DNA of 64,000 nucleotides from an uncultured Gammaproteobacteria bacterium (GTDB lineage Bacteria; Pseudomonadota; Gammaproteobacteria; UBA9214): NCBI GenBank assembly GCA_942491995.1, contig CALOCX010000003.1, positions 139,710 to 203,709 of the forward strand, read 5' to 3'. Shown piece by piece: positions 35,314 to 45,559 of this stretch (position 1 is its first letter; each line of letters starts with the position of its first letter). The notes under the pieces were generated by a model. It saw only the letters and a program-made list of their open reading frames with translations, ran no database searches and was not told where the DNA came from. The position numbers and the translations under genes were made by a program.

Positions 35314-38010
35314 TCAGGACGTATACAGTCTGCCCCTGCGCATTAACCATTTCTCGATTTCCACGGCGACCAGCACCATCGAGGCAATCGCAACGCATAA
35401 CAGAAGATCAGCGAGTGGCAGTGCCTGGGTATGGAAAACCGGTTGCAGCACAGGTACATAAATCACCGCCAGTTGCAGCACCACGGTCAGTAACACCGCC
35501 CCCAGCATGGCCGGGTTACTGCTCAGGCCGATCTTGAAAAGTGACTCGCGTTCACTGCGTACAGCCAGCGAATGGAACAGCTGCGAAATAGTCAGTACCG
35601 TAAACACCATGGTCTGCCAGTAGGCATCGCCCCGGGTATAAGACCACGCTTGTGTACCAATGGATACAACACCGACAAACAGCCCTACCCAGAGTATGTG
35701 TTGCCACATGCCGTGCGCAAAGATTGTTTCCCGGGGCTGGCGCGGCGCGCGCTGCATGATGCCGGGCTCCGGCGGTTCGGCGGTGAACGCCAGCCCGGGG
35801 AGGCCATCAGTCACCAGGTTGATCCACAGGATATGAATCGGCAGCAGCGGAATCGGCAGGCCGAAAAAGGGTGCCAGCAACAGCGTCCAGATCTCCCCGG
35901 AATTGGAACTCATGGTGTCCTTTATGAACTTGCGGATGTTATCGAAGATGCGCCGCCCCTCGGCCACCGCTGCCACGATGGTTGCGAAGTTGTCGTCAAG
36001 CAGCACCATGTCGGCGGCCTCGCGCGCCACATCGGTACCCTTTTGACCCATGGCGATGCCGATCTCGGCACGCTTCAGGGCCGGGGCATCATTGACGCCG
36101 TCACCGGTCATGGCGACAAACTCCCCGCGTGCCTGCAGGGCCTCGACAATCCTGATCTTTTGCTCGGGTGTCACACGTGCATACACCGGTATACCGGAAA
36201 CCTGTGCTTCGAGTTGCGTCGCCGACAGTTGTTGCAGATCTGCACCCGTTAAAACAGGATCTTGTTCATTCGCTATGCCCAGCCGCCTGGCAATGGCGCG
36301 CGCCGTGCCTGCGTGGTCACCGGTAATCATCACGGGCGTAATGCCGGCACTGCGGCACAGCCTGACCGACTCGGCCGCCTCCGGGCGCGGCGGATCGATG
36401 AGCCCCACCAGGCCCAGAAAACTGAATTGCTGCTCAACGGTCTCCGGCCGCAGCGTCTCAGGCAGGCTGTCGAAGCGGCGCGTCGCGACTGCCAGTACGC
36501 GATAGCCCTCCTCCGCCAGTGCCTCTGCCTGAGCGTGCAAGGCATCGATATCCAGTACGGAGGTATCACTGATTGCAAGCTGGTCCACGCACAGCGGCAG
36601 GATTTTTTCAGGTGCACCCTTGATGAAGGCAACCACACCTTCACTGTCCTGGTGCAGCGTGGTCATGCATTTACGCACTGCATCAAAGGGGAGTTCGCCA
36701 ATACGCGGCAGAACCTGTTCGAGCGCAGTGCGGTCGAAACCCGCACCCAGGGCGGCCTCGTACAGTGCCACCTCGGTGGGATCACCGATAACCCGGCCTG
36801 CCGGGTCCAGGTGCGAGTCATTATTGAGGGACAGAGCCTCACCGAGCAGGCGCCCGGGTAACGCAGCGCGATCCGCGTTGATCAGCGCCGGATGGCGTTC
36901 ACCACCGAGAGCGACGGCATTCAGCTGCATACGGTTTTGTGTCAGGGTGCCGGTTTTATCAGCACAGATAAACGTCACGGATCCCAGTGTTTCCACCGCG
37001 GGCAATCGGCGAATGAGCGCGTTGCGGGTACTCATCTTGTGTGCTCCAATCGCCAGCGAAACCGTAACCACGGCAGGCAGCGCTTCCGGGATGGCGGCCA
37101 CGGCAAGGGTGACCGCCGTCAGGAACATCAGCACCAGCGGCTCACCGCGCAACACACCCAGCAGGAAGATCACGCAGCAAATGACCAGCACGGCAATACT
37201 GAGGCGCTTTCCAAAGTGGGCCAGCCGCTGCTGCAATGGCGTTTGCTGAATATCCCTGTCATGCAGCAGCCGGGCGACCTTGCCGAGCTCGGTTTGCATC
37301 GCCGTGGCAACAACGACCCCCGTGCCACGGCCGTTGGCAATCAGCGTCCCCTTGTAGGCCATGTTAAAGCGGTCGCCTATGGCCAGACCGGTTTCCTTCA
37401 AGCACTCGGGGTGCTTGTCAATGGCCTGCGATTCACCGGTGAGCGCGGCTTCATTAAGCTTGAGTTCACTGGCATCCAGCAGGCGCAGGTCCGCCGGCAC
37501 GATCATGCCGGCCTCAAGCAATACAATGTCGCCAGGCACCAGTTGAACGGCGGGGAGATCGAGCACTTCACCGTCACGGCGCACCCTGGCTTCCGGTGCT
37601 GCCATGGCACGCAACGCAGCCACCGCACGTTCGGCACGAAATTCCTGTAGCGCACCGATGACGGCGTTTAGGAGCACGATGACGACAATAGCAATCGTAT
37701 CCTGCGGCTCGCCGACCACACCGGAGATGATGGCGGCAGCGATCAGGACGAGGATCATGAAGTCGGTGAACTGTCCGAGCAGAATCCGCCACGGACCGCG
37801 TCGGGATGTCGCGGCAATTGCATTGGGACCGAAGCGTGCCTGTCGGGTCGCAACCACATCCTTGCAAAGGCCGACCTGTGGGTCGACCTGCAGACGATCG
37901 AGCGCCTCGGCCACGGTTTGCAGGTGCCAGGCGATGCCCTCCCCCAAATCGTCCTGAACGACCGCTTGATCGGCATCGGTTGCTTCATTCATATCAATAA
38001 ACCGTGACAA
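35314..38010 (-). CDS. P2-type cation-transporting ATPase (Ca2+/Mg2+-type)
   Basis: ICADKTGTLTQNRM (DKTGT) and MTGDGVNDAPALKRAEIGIAMG in an 898-aa protein with 10 predicted TM helices. Confidence 0.9.
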   Translation of the reverse strand: MSRFIDMNEATDADQAVVQDDLGEGIAWHLQTVAEALDRLQVDPQVGLCKDVVATRQARFGPNAIAATSRRGPWRILLGQFTDFMILVLIAAAIISGVVGEPQDTIAIVVIVLLNAVIGALQEFRAERAVAALRAMAAPEARVRRDGEVLDLPAVQLVPGDIVLLEAGMIVPADLRLLDASELKLNEAALTGESQAIDKHPECLKETGLAIGDRFNMAYKGTLIANGRGTGVVVATAMQTELGKVARLLHDRDIQQTPLQQRLAHFGKRLSIAVLVICCVIFLLGVLRGEPLVLMFLTAVTLAVAAIPEALPAVVTVSLAIGAHKMSTRNALIRRLPAVETLGSVTFICADKTGTLTQNRMQLNAVALGGERHPALINADRAALPGRLLGEALSLNNDSHLDPAGRVIGDPTEVALYEAALGAGFDRTALEQVLPRIGELPFDAVRKCMTTLHQDSEGVVAFIKGAPEKILPLCVDQLAISDTSVLDIDALHAQAEALAEEGYRVLAVATRRFDSLPETLRPETVEQQFSFLGLVGLIDPPRPEAAESVRLCRSAGITPVMITGDHAGTARAIARRLGIANEQDPVLTGADLQQLSATQLEAQVSGIPVYARVTPEQKIRIVEALQARGEFVAMTGDGVNDAPALKRAEIGIAMGQKGTDVAREAADMVLLDDNFATIVAAVAEGRRIFDNIRKFIKDTMSSNSGEIWTLLLAPFFGLPIPLLPIHILWINLVTDGLPGLAFTAEPPEPGIMQRAPRQPRETIFAHGMWQHILWVGLFVGVVSIGTQAWSYTRGDAYWQTMVFTVLTISQLFHSLAVRSERESLFKIGLSSNPAMLGAVLLTVVLQLAVIYVPVLQPVFHTQALPLADLLLCVAIASMVLVAVEIEKWLMRRGRLYTS

Positions 38011-38093
38011 AAGATTGAGGTATCACCCGTGCGTTCGCATTCAGCAGTCACCAGACTGTCATGCAAAAGGCCCGGCACTTGATATCATTACAT

Positions 38094-38140
38094 ACTCTCT
38101 GCGTTCTCTGTGTCCCCGTGGTGAATAGCCACATTGTTAT
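38094..38140. repeat. Family-2 repeat, single arm (GTGGTGAATAG core)
   Basis: CTCTCTGCGTTCTCTGTGTCCCCGTGGTGAATAGCCACATTGTTATT. Matches 43756-43795 and the reverse complement of 46401-46447. Confidence 0.65.
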
Positions 38141-38428
38141 TACTTTAACAGGGCAACCTGGACAGCCTTGTTCCTGAAGCCAGGCTTCGCTACCCTTCTC
38201 TGCCATGGAGAATCTGCTGGCATGTCTCGCACGACGGTTGAACAGGCAAGAAAGTTCTGACTTTTCTGGACCGGGATTGATCCTGATCAATACGGATATT
38301 CGTTATCTGTCGTCCAATACGGGGTTATACGGATGGCTCCCTAATGTAGTATCAGGTGAGTCGTGCGGGCACGCCCGAATATGACAAACGTGTTACCACG
38401 TAACTACACATCACCAGGGAGCTGATGT

Positions 38429-40237
38429 ATGAAAGATGATGAAATTATCAAGGCGATAATTGCATCTGCCGGCACCTCGCATGAACGCGCGCGGCGACAT
38501 TTGCTGCAGTATTTATGCCAGATACAGCAACGGCTGTCGTATATTCCCGCAGACGCGATCACACAACTGGCGGGCCTGACGCAGCTGCCCGAATCAGAAA
38601 TTCACGGCGTCATCGAATTCTATTCATTCCTGCACAAACACCCGCGCGGCGACTACGACATCCTGCTCAGCGACAGTATCACCGATCACATGCTCGGCTC
38701 CCGCAAGCTGTTGCAACTGCTCTGTACCCGACTTGGCGTGGAACCCGGCGTACCGCGAAGCGATGGCCGGGTCACGGTGGACACCACCTCCTGCACCGGG
38801 CTTTGCGACCAGGGACCCGCACTGCTGGTCAATGGCTATGCCGTCAGCCGACTCGGCGACCACCGTATCGAGCAGATCTGCCAGCTCATCGAGACAGCAA
38901 CCGGGATCTCGCAATGGCCGGCCGAATTCTTCGTCATCGAAGACAATATCCGGCGGCGCGATCTGCTGCTCGGGGATGAAACCACGGCCGCCAGTCCCGA
39001 CGGCAGTGCGTTGCGTGCCCTGATTGAAAACGGCAGCGATACCCTGCTCGATGCCATCGAAAAATCCGGCCTGCGCGGCCGCGGTGGCGCGGGCTTCCGC
39101 ACCGGCATGAAGTGGCGTTTCTGCAAGCAGGCCGAGGCCGACAGCCATTATGTCGTGTGCAATGCGGATGAAGGCGAACCCGGCACCTTCAAGGACCGGG
39201 TATTGCTGAACAGCTACGCCGACAGTGTCTTCGAGGGCATGACCCTGTGTGCCGGCATCATCGGCGCGCAGCAGGGCTATCTCTACCTGCGCGGTGAATA
39301 CCGCTACCTGATCGAACCACTGCAAGCCATACTGCAACAACGTCGCAACAACGGCCTGCTCGGGCAAGGCATACTCGGCAAGGACGGTTTCGACTTCGAC
39401 ATTGACATTCACCTCGGTGCCGGCGCCTATATCTGCGGCGAGGAGTCCTCGCTGATCGAATCACTGGAAGGCAAGCGCGGCATTCCGCGCAAACGTCCAC
39501 CCTTTCCGGTGACGCACGGCTACCTGAACAAGCCGACCGTGGTCAACAATGTCGAAACCTTCATGGCCACCGCCAAAATCGCGGCGCTGGGTGCCGACTG
39601 GTTTTGTAGTGCCGGCACACCCGAGTCCACCGGCACCAAGCTGCTCAGCATCAGCGGTGACTGCGAACAACCCGGCATCTACGAGTACCCGTTTGGCGTG
39701 ACCATCAAACAGGTGCTCGAAGACTGTGGTGCTGCAAACACCCAGGCGGTGCAGATTGCGGGCGCCGCGGGTACCACCCTGCCGGTGTCGGATGCGGAAC
39801 GCCGTATCGCGTTCGAGGATGTCGCTACCGGCGGCTCGTTCATGGTGTTCAACAAGGAGCGCAACCTGCTCGACATGGTGCAGAACTTCGCGCATTTCTT
39901 CGTGCACGAAAGCTGCGGATTCTGCACACCCTGCCGTGTCGGCGGCTCACTGCTGAAAGACCTGGTCGAAAAGCTCGTCAACGGTCATGCAACGCAGTAC
40001 GATGTCGCCGAGATGAAACAGATCGGCGCCCTCATGAAACGTACCAGCTTCTGCGGCCTTGGCACGACCGCCGCAAACCCGGTACTCGATCTGCTTGACC
40101 ACTTCCCGCAACTGGTCGAAAGCAGGCTGGCCCACAGCGGCTACGAGCCGGCATTCGATCTCGACGCCGCCCTGCAGGACGCGCGGGATATCACCGGGCG
40201 CGATGACGCCGGCGCACACATCGAGGCCAACACATGA
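38429..40237 (+). CDS. hoxF: NAD-reducing [NiFe] hydrogenase diaphorase subunit HoxF (NuoE-like + NuoF-like fusion)
   Basis: 602 aa with GLRGRGGAGFRTGMKWRF (FMN/NADH site) and ESCGFCTPCRVG (4Fe-4S). N-terminal thioredoxin-like [2Fe-2S] part. RBS CAGGGAGC. Confidence 0.9.
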   Translation: MKDDEIIKAIIASAGTSHERARRHLLQYLCQIQQRLSYIPADAITQLAGLTQLPESEIHGVIEFYSFLHKHPRGDYDILLSDSITDHMLGSRKLLQLLCTRLGVEPGVPRSDGRVTVDTTSCTGLCDQGPALLVNGYAVSRLGDHRIEQICQLIETATGISQWPAEFFVIEDNIRRRDLLLGDETTAASPDGSALRALIENGSDTLLDAIEKSGLRGRGGAGFRTGMKWRFCKQAEADSHYVVCNADEGEPGTFKDRVLLNSYADSVFEGMTLCAGIIGAQQGYLYLRGEYRYLIEPLQAILQQRRNNGLLGQGILGKDGFDFDIDIHLGAGAYICGEESSLIESLEGKRGIPRKRPPFPVTHGYLNKPTVVNNVETFMATAKIAALGADWFCSAGTPESTGTKLLSISGDCEQPGIYEYPFGVTIKQVLEDCGAANTQAVQIAGAAGTTLPVSDAERRIAFEDVATGGSFMVFNKERNLLDMVQNFAHFFVHESCGFCTPCRVGGSLLKDLVEKLVNGHATQYDVAEMKQIGALMKRTSFCGLGTTAANPVLDLLDHFPQLVESRLAHSGYEPAFDLDAALQDARDITGRDDAGAHIEANT

Positions 40238-40974
40238 GCGACACGAAAACATTCAGCCTCGACGGCGTTGACATTGAATTCAGCGACGGCGATACCATCA
40301 TGGATGCCGCACTGCGGGCCGGCGCCTATATACCGCACCTCTGCCATAATCCCGAATTCACACCGCATGGCAGCTGCCGTGTGTGCGTCGTCGAGGTTAA
40401 TGGCCGCCAGGTATCTGCCTGTACCCAGCCCGCGGCCGAGGGACTCGTGGTAGACAACGGCTCCGATGCCATTGTCGAGGAGCGGCGCAACCTGCTGCAG
40501 ATGCTGTTCGTCGAGGGCAATCATGTCTGCCCCGGCTGTGAAAAAAGCGGCGCCTGCCAGCTGCAGGCAGTGGCCTATTACACCGGTATGCTGTCGCCCC
40601 ACTATACCCATTTTTTCCCGCAACGCTCCGTGGATGCCTCGCACCCGGATACCGCCATCGACTTCAACCGCTGTATCCTCTGCGAACTGTGCGTACGGGC
40701 CAGCCGCGACGTCGACCACAAGAACGTGTTCTCGCTCGGTGGCCGCGGCATTGGCAGTCACCTGACGGTTAACTCGCCCAGCGGCAAACTCGGTGACAGC
40801 AGCTTTGCCGCCACCGACAAGGCCGCCCATGTCTGTCCGGTCGGTGCGATCCTGCCCAAGCACCGCGGTTACGAGCAGCCCATCGGCAATCGTCTCTATG
40901 ACAGGCAACCGATCAACATCGTCGGCGATGTCGCGGCATACGAACCCGGCAACAAGGGAGACAGGCATGGCTGA
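40234..40974 (+). CDS. hoxU: NAD-reducing hydrogenase diaphorase subunit HoxU ([2Fe-2S]/[4Fe-4S], NuoG-N-terminal-like)
   Basis: MSDTKTFSLDGVDIEFSDGDTIMDAALRAGAYIPHLCHNPEFTPHGSCRVCVVEV... plus CPGCEKSGAC and CILCELC clusters. ATGA overlap with hoxF. Confidence 0.88.
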   Translation: MSDTKTFSLDGVDIEFSDGDTIMDAALRAGAYIPHLCHNPEFTPHGSCRVCVVEVNGRQVSACTQPAAEGLVVDNGSDAIVEERRNLLQMLFVEGNHVCPGCEKSGACQLQAVAYYTGMLSPHYTHFFPQRSVDASHPDTAIDFNRCILCELCVRASRDVDHKNVFSLGGRGIGSHLTVNSPSGKLGDSSFAATDKAAHVCPVGAILPKHRGYEQPIGNRLYDRQPINIVGDVAAYEPGNKGDRHG

Positions 40975-41506
40975 GAAAATCAGGGTCGCAACGGCTTCAT
41001 TGTGCGGCTGCTTCGGCTGTCACATGTCGCTGCTGGATATCGACGAACGCATTATAGAGCTGGTGCAGCTGGTGGAATTCGACCGTTCGCCGATCACTGA
41101 CATCAAGAAGGTCGGTGATTGCGACATCGGCATCATCGAGGGCGGTGTCGCCAATGCGGAGAATGTCGAGGTACTGCTCGAATTCCGCAAACACTGCAAG
41201 GTGCTGGTGGCACTGGGCGCCTGTGCGGTGAATGGCGGCATACCGGCCATGCGCAATTCATTCGAGCTAAGGGAATGTCTTGAGGAAGCCTATATCGACG
41301 GCATCGGCGTGGCCAACCCGCAGATACCGAGCGACGTGGAGATCCCGATGCTGCTGAACAAGGTGCACCCGATTCACGAGGTGGTCAAGGTTGATCATTT
41401 CCTCCCCGGTTGCCCGCCATCGGGCGATACCATCTGGACTTTCCTGACGGAAGTGATCGAAGGCAAGCCGATCAGCTTCCCCTACGAACAGATCCATTAT
41501 GATTAA
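40967..41506 (+). CDS. hoxY: [NiFe] hydrogenase small subunit HoxY
   Basis: MAEKIRVATASLCGCFGCHMSLLDIDE...ALGACAVNGGIPAM...LPGCPPS. Start ATG 40967 (RBS AAGGGAGA) overlapping the hoxU stop; track ORF is extended upstream. Confidence 0.88.
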   Translation: MAEKIRVATASLCGCFGCHMSLLDIDERIIELVQLVEFDRSPITDIKKVGDCDIGIIEGGVANAENVEVLLEFRKHCKVLVALGACAVNGGIPAMRNSFELRECLEEAYIDGIGVANPQIPSDVEIPMLLNKVHPIHEVVKVDHFLPGCPPSGDTIWTFLTEVIEGKPISFPYEQIHYD

Positions 41507-41582
41507 AGCGGGTCAAAGAGCCTGCACTTTACAGCGGGCCTCGCCTGCCACAATGCACATTCATTAACCACGGGACATACCG

Positions 41583-43073
41583 ATGTCATCAAACCTTGAA
41601 ACCGCCGCCAACCCGGAAAAACTCGAACGCATCGTGATCGAGCCGCTGACCCGTGTTGAGGGTCACGGCAAGGTGACGCTGCTGCAGGACGAGAACCTGC
41701 ACATCAGGCAGGCACGACTGCACATCGTCGAATTCCGCGGTTTCGAAAAGTTCATCCAGGGCCGGCCCTACTGGGAACTGCCGGTACTGGTACAGCGCCT
41801 CTGCGGCATCTGCCCGGTCAGCCATCACCTCGCCGCGGCCAAGGCCACCGACATGCTGGTCGGTGCCACGCAACTGACCGCGACGGCCGAGAAGATCCGC
41901 CGCCTGATGCACTACGGACAAACCCTGCAATCCCATGCGCTGCATTTTTTCCACCTCTGCTCGCCCGATCTGCTGTTCGGTTTTGATGACGAGGTGCGCC
42001 ATCGCAATATCGTCGGCGTGATCGAGGACCACCCGGAGATCGCCAAACAGGGCGTGCTGTTGCGCAAATACGGCCAGGAAGTCATTCGCCTCACGGCCGG
42101 CAAGCGCATTCACGGCACCGGTGCAATCCCGGGCGGCGTCAACAAGTCGCTGAACCGCGAGGAAATCGACTACCTGCAGAAAGACATCGAGCAGATAGTG
42201 CAGTGGGGACAGGATGCGGTCGAGCTGATCAAGCGCATTTTCTTCGAACAGCTTGATTACCACATGGCCTTTGCCAGCATTGATACCAACATGCTGAGCC
42301 TGATCGGCGCGCACGGCGAATTCGATATCTACGACGGTGGACTGCGCGCGAAGGACGCCGACGGCGGCATGATTTTCGACCACGTCGATTACACCCGTTA
42401 CAACGATTACATCCGCGAGGGTGTGAAGAACTGGAGCTACATGAAGTTTCCGTTCATCGAGTCGCTCGGTGCAGAGAATGGCTGGTACCGGGTCGGGCCA
42501 CTGGCGCGCGTCAATAATTGCGATTATTTCACTACGCCACTTGCCGAACAGCAGCGCAAACTCTTCATGGAAGCCGGTCATGGCCGACCGGTGCAGGCCT
42601 CGCTCGCGTTCCACTGGGCGCGGCTGATCGAACTGCTGTACTGCACCGAGGCCATCAGGGAACTGCTGCTGGACCCCGATATCAGCGGTAGCGAACTGGT
42701 CAGCAAGGGTGCACTGCAGAACTGCGGCATCGGCGTACTGGAAGCACCACGCGGTACGCTGTTTCACCATTACGAAATCGATGATGACGGCATCGTCAAC
42801 AAGGCCAACCTGATCGTCTCCACCACCAATAACAACCAGGCGATGAACGAGTCGATTCGCCAGGTCGCGAACAGCTACCTCGACGGCCAGCAGCTGACCG
42901 AACCGCTGCTGAACCAGATCGAGGTTGCCATTCGCGCCTACGATCCCTGCCTCTCATGCGCCACGCATGCGATGGGTAAAATGCCGCTGGAAATCACCCT
43001 GCTGAACGAAAAAGAGAAAGTGATCGACAGGCTCGAGAAACGTGTCACGGGAGAGATACAGCGTACCTTGTAA
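41583..43073 (+). CDS. hoxH: [NiFe] hydrogenase large subunit HoxH
   Basis: N-terminal RVEGHG and C-terminal DPCLSCATHAMG (DPCxxCxxH Ni-Fe ligation), 496 aa. Confidence 0.92.
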   Translation: MSSNLETAANPEKLERIVIEPLTRVEGHGKVTLLQDENLHIRQARLHIVEFRGFEKFIQGRPYWELPVLVQRLCGICPVSHHLAAAKATDMLVGATQLTATAEKIRRLMHYGQTLQSHALHFFHLCSPDLLFGFDDEVRHRNIVGVIEDHPEIAKQGVLLRKYGQEVIRLTAGKRIHGTGAIPGGVNKSLNREEIDYLQKDIEQIVQWGQDAVELIKRIFFEQLDYHMAFASIDTNMLSLIGAHGEFDIYDGGLRAKDADGGMIFDHVDYTRYNDYIREGVKNWSYMKFPFIESLGAENGWYRVGPLARVNNCDYFTTPLAEQQRKLFMEAGHGRPVQASLAFHWARLIELLYCTEAIRELLLDPDISGSELVSKGALQNCGIGVLEAPRGTLFHHYEIDDDGIVNKANLIVSTTNNNQAMNESIRQVANSYLDGQQLTEPLLNQIEVAIRAYDPCLSCATHAMGKMPLEITLLNEKEKVIDRLEKRVTGEIQRTL

Positions 43074-43162
43074 CTGTCAGTATTAAATAAACCTTTCAAT
43101 CAGACACTGGTATTCACACCGGTGGCATCATGACACAGCCATGCTGGAGCATCCTGTGAACG

Positions 43163-43190
43163 AATCGCGCCGGGGACGACGCTCCTACAA
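43163..43190. repeat. REP element, single copy, reverse orientation
   Basis: AATCGCGCCGGGGACGACGCTCCTACAA between hoxH and hoxW. Confidence 0.85.
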
Positions 43191-43210
43191 CAATTGAGTG
43201 AATTCATCAT

Positions 43211-43705
43211 ATGTTGGAACAGCAGGCCAAACCGGACCTGATCTTCACCTGGGGCAATCCTTCACGCGGCGACGACGCGCTCGGACCGGCGATGTATGAC
43301 TTATTGCAGCATGAGAATCTGCACGGCATTGATCTGCTCACTGACTTCCAGCTGCAGATAGAACACGCCACCGATCTCGAAGACCGCAAGCGCGTGCTGT
43401 TCGTGGACGCGAGCCTCTCGGCTGGTGCACCGTTCGAGCTTGTGCGGCTGCAGCCGGAACAGGATGCCAGTTACACCACGCATGCCATGAGCCCGCAGGC
43501 ATTGCTGTCAGTCTACCGCCAGGTCTACGACTGCACGCCGCCACCGGCATGGCTGTTGTCGATACGCGGCTACGAATTTGGACTTGGTCTGCCGCTGTCA
43601 ACAGCCGCGAACGAACACCTGCAGGCGGCGTTCAGTCATATAAGGCGCTTGCTTGACCCCGCACAGACCGCAGACTGGAACGAACAAGTCGTCATCCCCG
43701 ATTAA
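43211..43705 (+). CDS. hoxW: Hydrogenase maturation endopeptidase (HoxW/HycI family)
   Basis: LIFTWGNPSRGDDALGPAMYDLL (GNxxxGDDGxG) in a 164-aa protein. Confidence 0.85.
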   Translation: MLEQQAKPDLIFTWGNPSRGDDALGPAMYDLLQHENLHGIDLLTDFQLQIEHATDLEDRKRVLFVDASLSAGAPFELVRLQPEQDASYTTHAMSPQALLSVYRQVYDCTPPPAWLLSIRGYEFGLGLPLSTAANEHLQAAFSHIRRLLDPAQTADWNEQVVIPD

Positions 43706-43713
43706 TACATTCG

Positions 43714-43795
43714 TTGTAACTATTCAGCGCACCACAGGGACACGGAGCACACCTTCTGTGTTCTCTCTGCCTCCGTGGTGAATAGTTACCATTTG
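43714..43795. repeat. Family-2 repeat, full imperfect palindrome (two inverted arms)
   Basis: GTAACTATTCAGCGCACCACAGGGACACGGAGCACACC ... TGTGTTCTCTCTGCCTCCGTGGTGAATAGTTAC. The ends GTAACTATTCA / TGAATAGTTAC are exact reverse complements. Confidence 0.65.
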
Positions 43796-43830
43796 TAACC
43801 GCATCTCCGGATAGCGGGACGCTGCGAAGC

Positions 43831-44532
43831 TCAGTTTGCTGGCGGGGCAGAGACAAACCAGCGGCTCGCCAGCAGGGAAAGCAACGCCCAGACCCCGCCG
43901 GCGATCCAGCCGGCAATGATATCCGTTGGCCAGTGAACACCGAGATAGACCCTGCTGACACCAACCAGAAGGGTCAGCAGCAATGACCAGCCAAGGATAT
44001 AGAGCTTGATACTGAGCTGGCTGCTTGCATGTGCCAGCAGGGCTCCCAGGGTCAGAAACGCCACCGCGGACATCATGGCATGACCACTGGGAAAACTGCT
44101 CATTGCAGCAGCGGTGGCATGCGGAACAAGGTCAGGCCGGGGACGTTCAAAGAATTCCTTGAGCAGGCTGTTGAACAGCGACCCCCCGGCAATGGCAAGC
44201 AACACGAACAGCGACATGCGGGGCTTGTGCTGCAACAGGAAATAACCGCACACTGCAAGGGTCAGCATGCCCAGGGTTATGACGCCTCCCAGCGCCGTCA
44301 CATCACGAACAACCACTTCAAGCCATGCCGGGCCAGCAGGCTCGGCAAGATCCGCCGGATTGCGCATCATCAACAGCAGCTGCCGGTCAAAACCTGTGGT
44401 CTCGCCATTGATCACCTCCTCGCTCAGCTTGATGAAGGCAAACAGGCCGAGCGAGATGATAACGACCACGATTTCCGTGATGTATTCCGGGAAATTTCTC
44501 CTGCGCGCGCTGTTCGATTCTGACAGTGACAT
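43831..44532 (-). CDS. PAP2-family membrane phosphatase
   Basis: PSGHAMMSAVAF and SRVYLGVHWPTDIIAG (KX6RP / PSGH / SRX5HX3D-type motifs). Confidence 0.8.
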   Translation of the reverse strand: MSLSESNSARRRNFPEYITEIVVVIISLGLFAFIKLSEEVINGETTGFDRQLLLMMRNPADLAEPAGPAWLEVVVRDVTALGGVITLGMLTLAVCGYFLLQHKPRMSLFVLLAIAGGSLFNSLLKEFFERPRPDLVPHATAAAMSSFPSGHAMMSAVAFLTLGALLAHASSQLSIKLYILGWSLLLTLLVGVSRVYLGVHWPTDIIAGWIAGGVWALLSLLASRWFVSAPPAN

Positions 44533-44642
44533 GGCAGCTGCGATTTTCTTCCTTCTGCTGGGCGAATGAATTGATCTCGATCAATAATCACATCCTGCAG
44601 TTTGCTAGAATACTAGGTTTTATGGCGTACAGAGGGTGAAAA

Positions 44643-44948
44643 ATGGGAGACAGTAAACTCAACAAGCTGATAACGACCCCCAGGGACCCCGGCGAGGTGC
44701 AGGACTGGATATTTTCGCTGACCCCGATTGGTGTGGCATTTGTCTTTTACCTGGTTTTTATCATGTCCACGGAGATCGAACCCAAGGGGCTTTTTATCGC
44801 CCTCGGTGCAGCAGCGGGTTTTATCGGCCTGGAAACCTACTGGATCATCCGCGGCTGGCGCAATAATCATATGATTACTATTCTGATGGGGCTGCTTGGC
44901 ATCGCCCTGACCCTGGGCCTGTTGGGTCTCTACCTGTACGTCGTATAG
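44643..44948 (+). CDS. Small membrane protein (101 aa, 3 TM), hypothetical
   Basis: MGDSKLNKLITTPRDPGEVQDWIFSLTPIGVAFVFYLVFIM... Lies in a lower-GC stretch. Confidence 0.45.
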   Translation: MGDSKLNKLITTPRDPGEVQDWIFSLTPIGVAFVFYLVFIMSTEIEPKGLFIALGAAAGFIGLETYWIIRGWRNNHMITILMGLLGIALTLGLLGLYLYVV

Positions 44949-45168
44949 GAGAATACAGGGGCCTGTCCTGGTTCGGCCACCCTGGCCAGACCGGGACAGA
45001 TCAAGCCCCACTGTCGTTTTCATCCTGGCGGTCAGCCAACCTGCACACATAGTCCTGCAACAGCTTCTGGCATTGTGTGTCATACTCGCGGACGGTCACC
45101 GTTATGTTCCCATGTATGAGACTTAACTACTTTGTACCAATAGCCTGAATATCTGCACAGGAGTCGTC

Positions 45169-45300
45169 ATGAATGATTTATTACCCTCCCTGGTACTGGT
45201 CGGCGCATCGGCCTTAATTGCTACCGTGCTCGGCACCCTCGTCTGGTGCTGGATGAAGTGGTCTCAACCCCGTCGGCAGAAGCAGTATCGGAAATACTGA
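45169..45300 (+). CDS. 43-aa single-TM peptide, hypothetical
   Basis: MNDLLPSLVLVGASALIATVLGTLVWCWMKWSQPRRQKQYRKY with RBS AGGAG 8 nt upstream. Below the track size cutoff. Confidence 0.3.
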   Translation: MNDLLPSLVLVGASALIATVLGTLVWCWMKWSQPRRQKQYRKY

Positions 45301-45559
45301 AGCAGGCTAGAAACCCTCACTCCCTGGCGCCAGAGCCAGATTGAACTGAATCGCCCACCCGCCACGCTTAGATAATGATAATGCGTGCATAAAATCCCGT
45401 GATAACCCCGCAGAATAAAGTGTAAACAATTCAGTCGATAACCTGTTCCAGGGCATTCATTGCTAATCGGAATCATTTTCATCGACCAGGTGGGTTATAG
45501 CTGGGTTTCAGTATTTCATGTATGTTCAGGGTACGTCTATAACGAAAAAGGTGAACACA

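Noticed and set aside
38194-38215. Sigma-54 promoter upstream of hoxF (TGGCATGTCTCGCAC)
   Set aside because: The GG-to-GC spacing is 10 rather than 12 and there is no TTGC; it does not fit the -24/-12 geometry, unlike the two sites at 6288 and 6767.
38094-43795. Family-2 repeats as att sites of an integrated hydrogenase island
   Set aside because: The downstream copy is a palindrome, not a simple direct repeat. No integrase or recombinase lies nearby, hox GC content matches its surroundings, and a third copy lies elsewhere. Kept only as a repeat-family observation.
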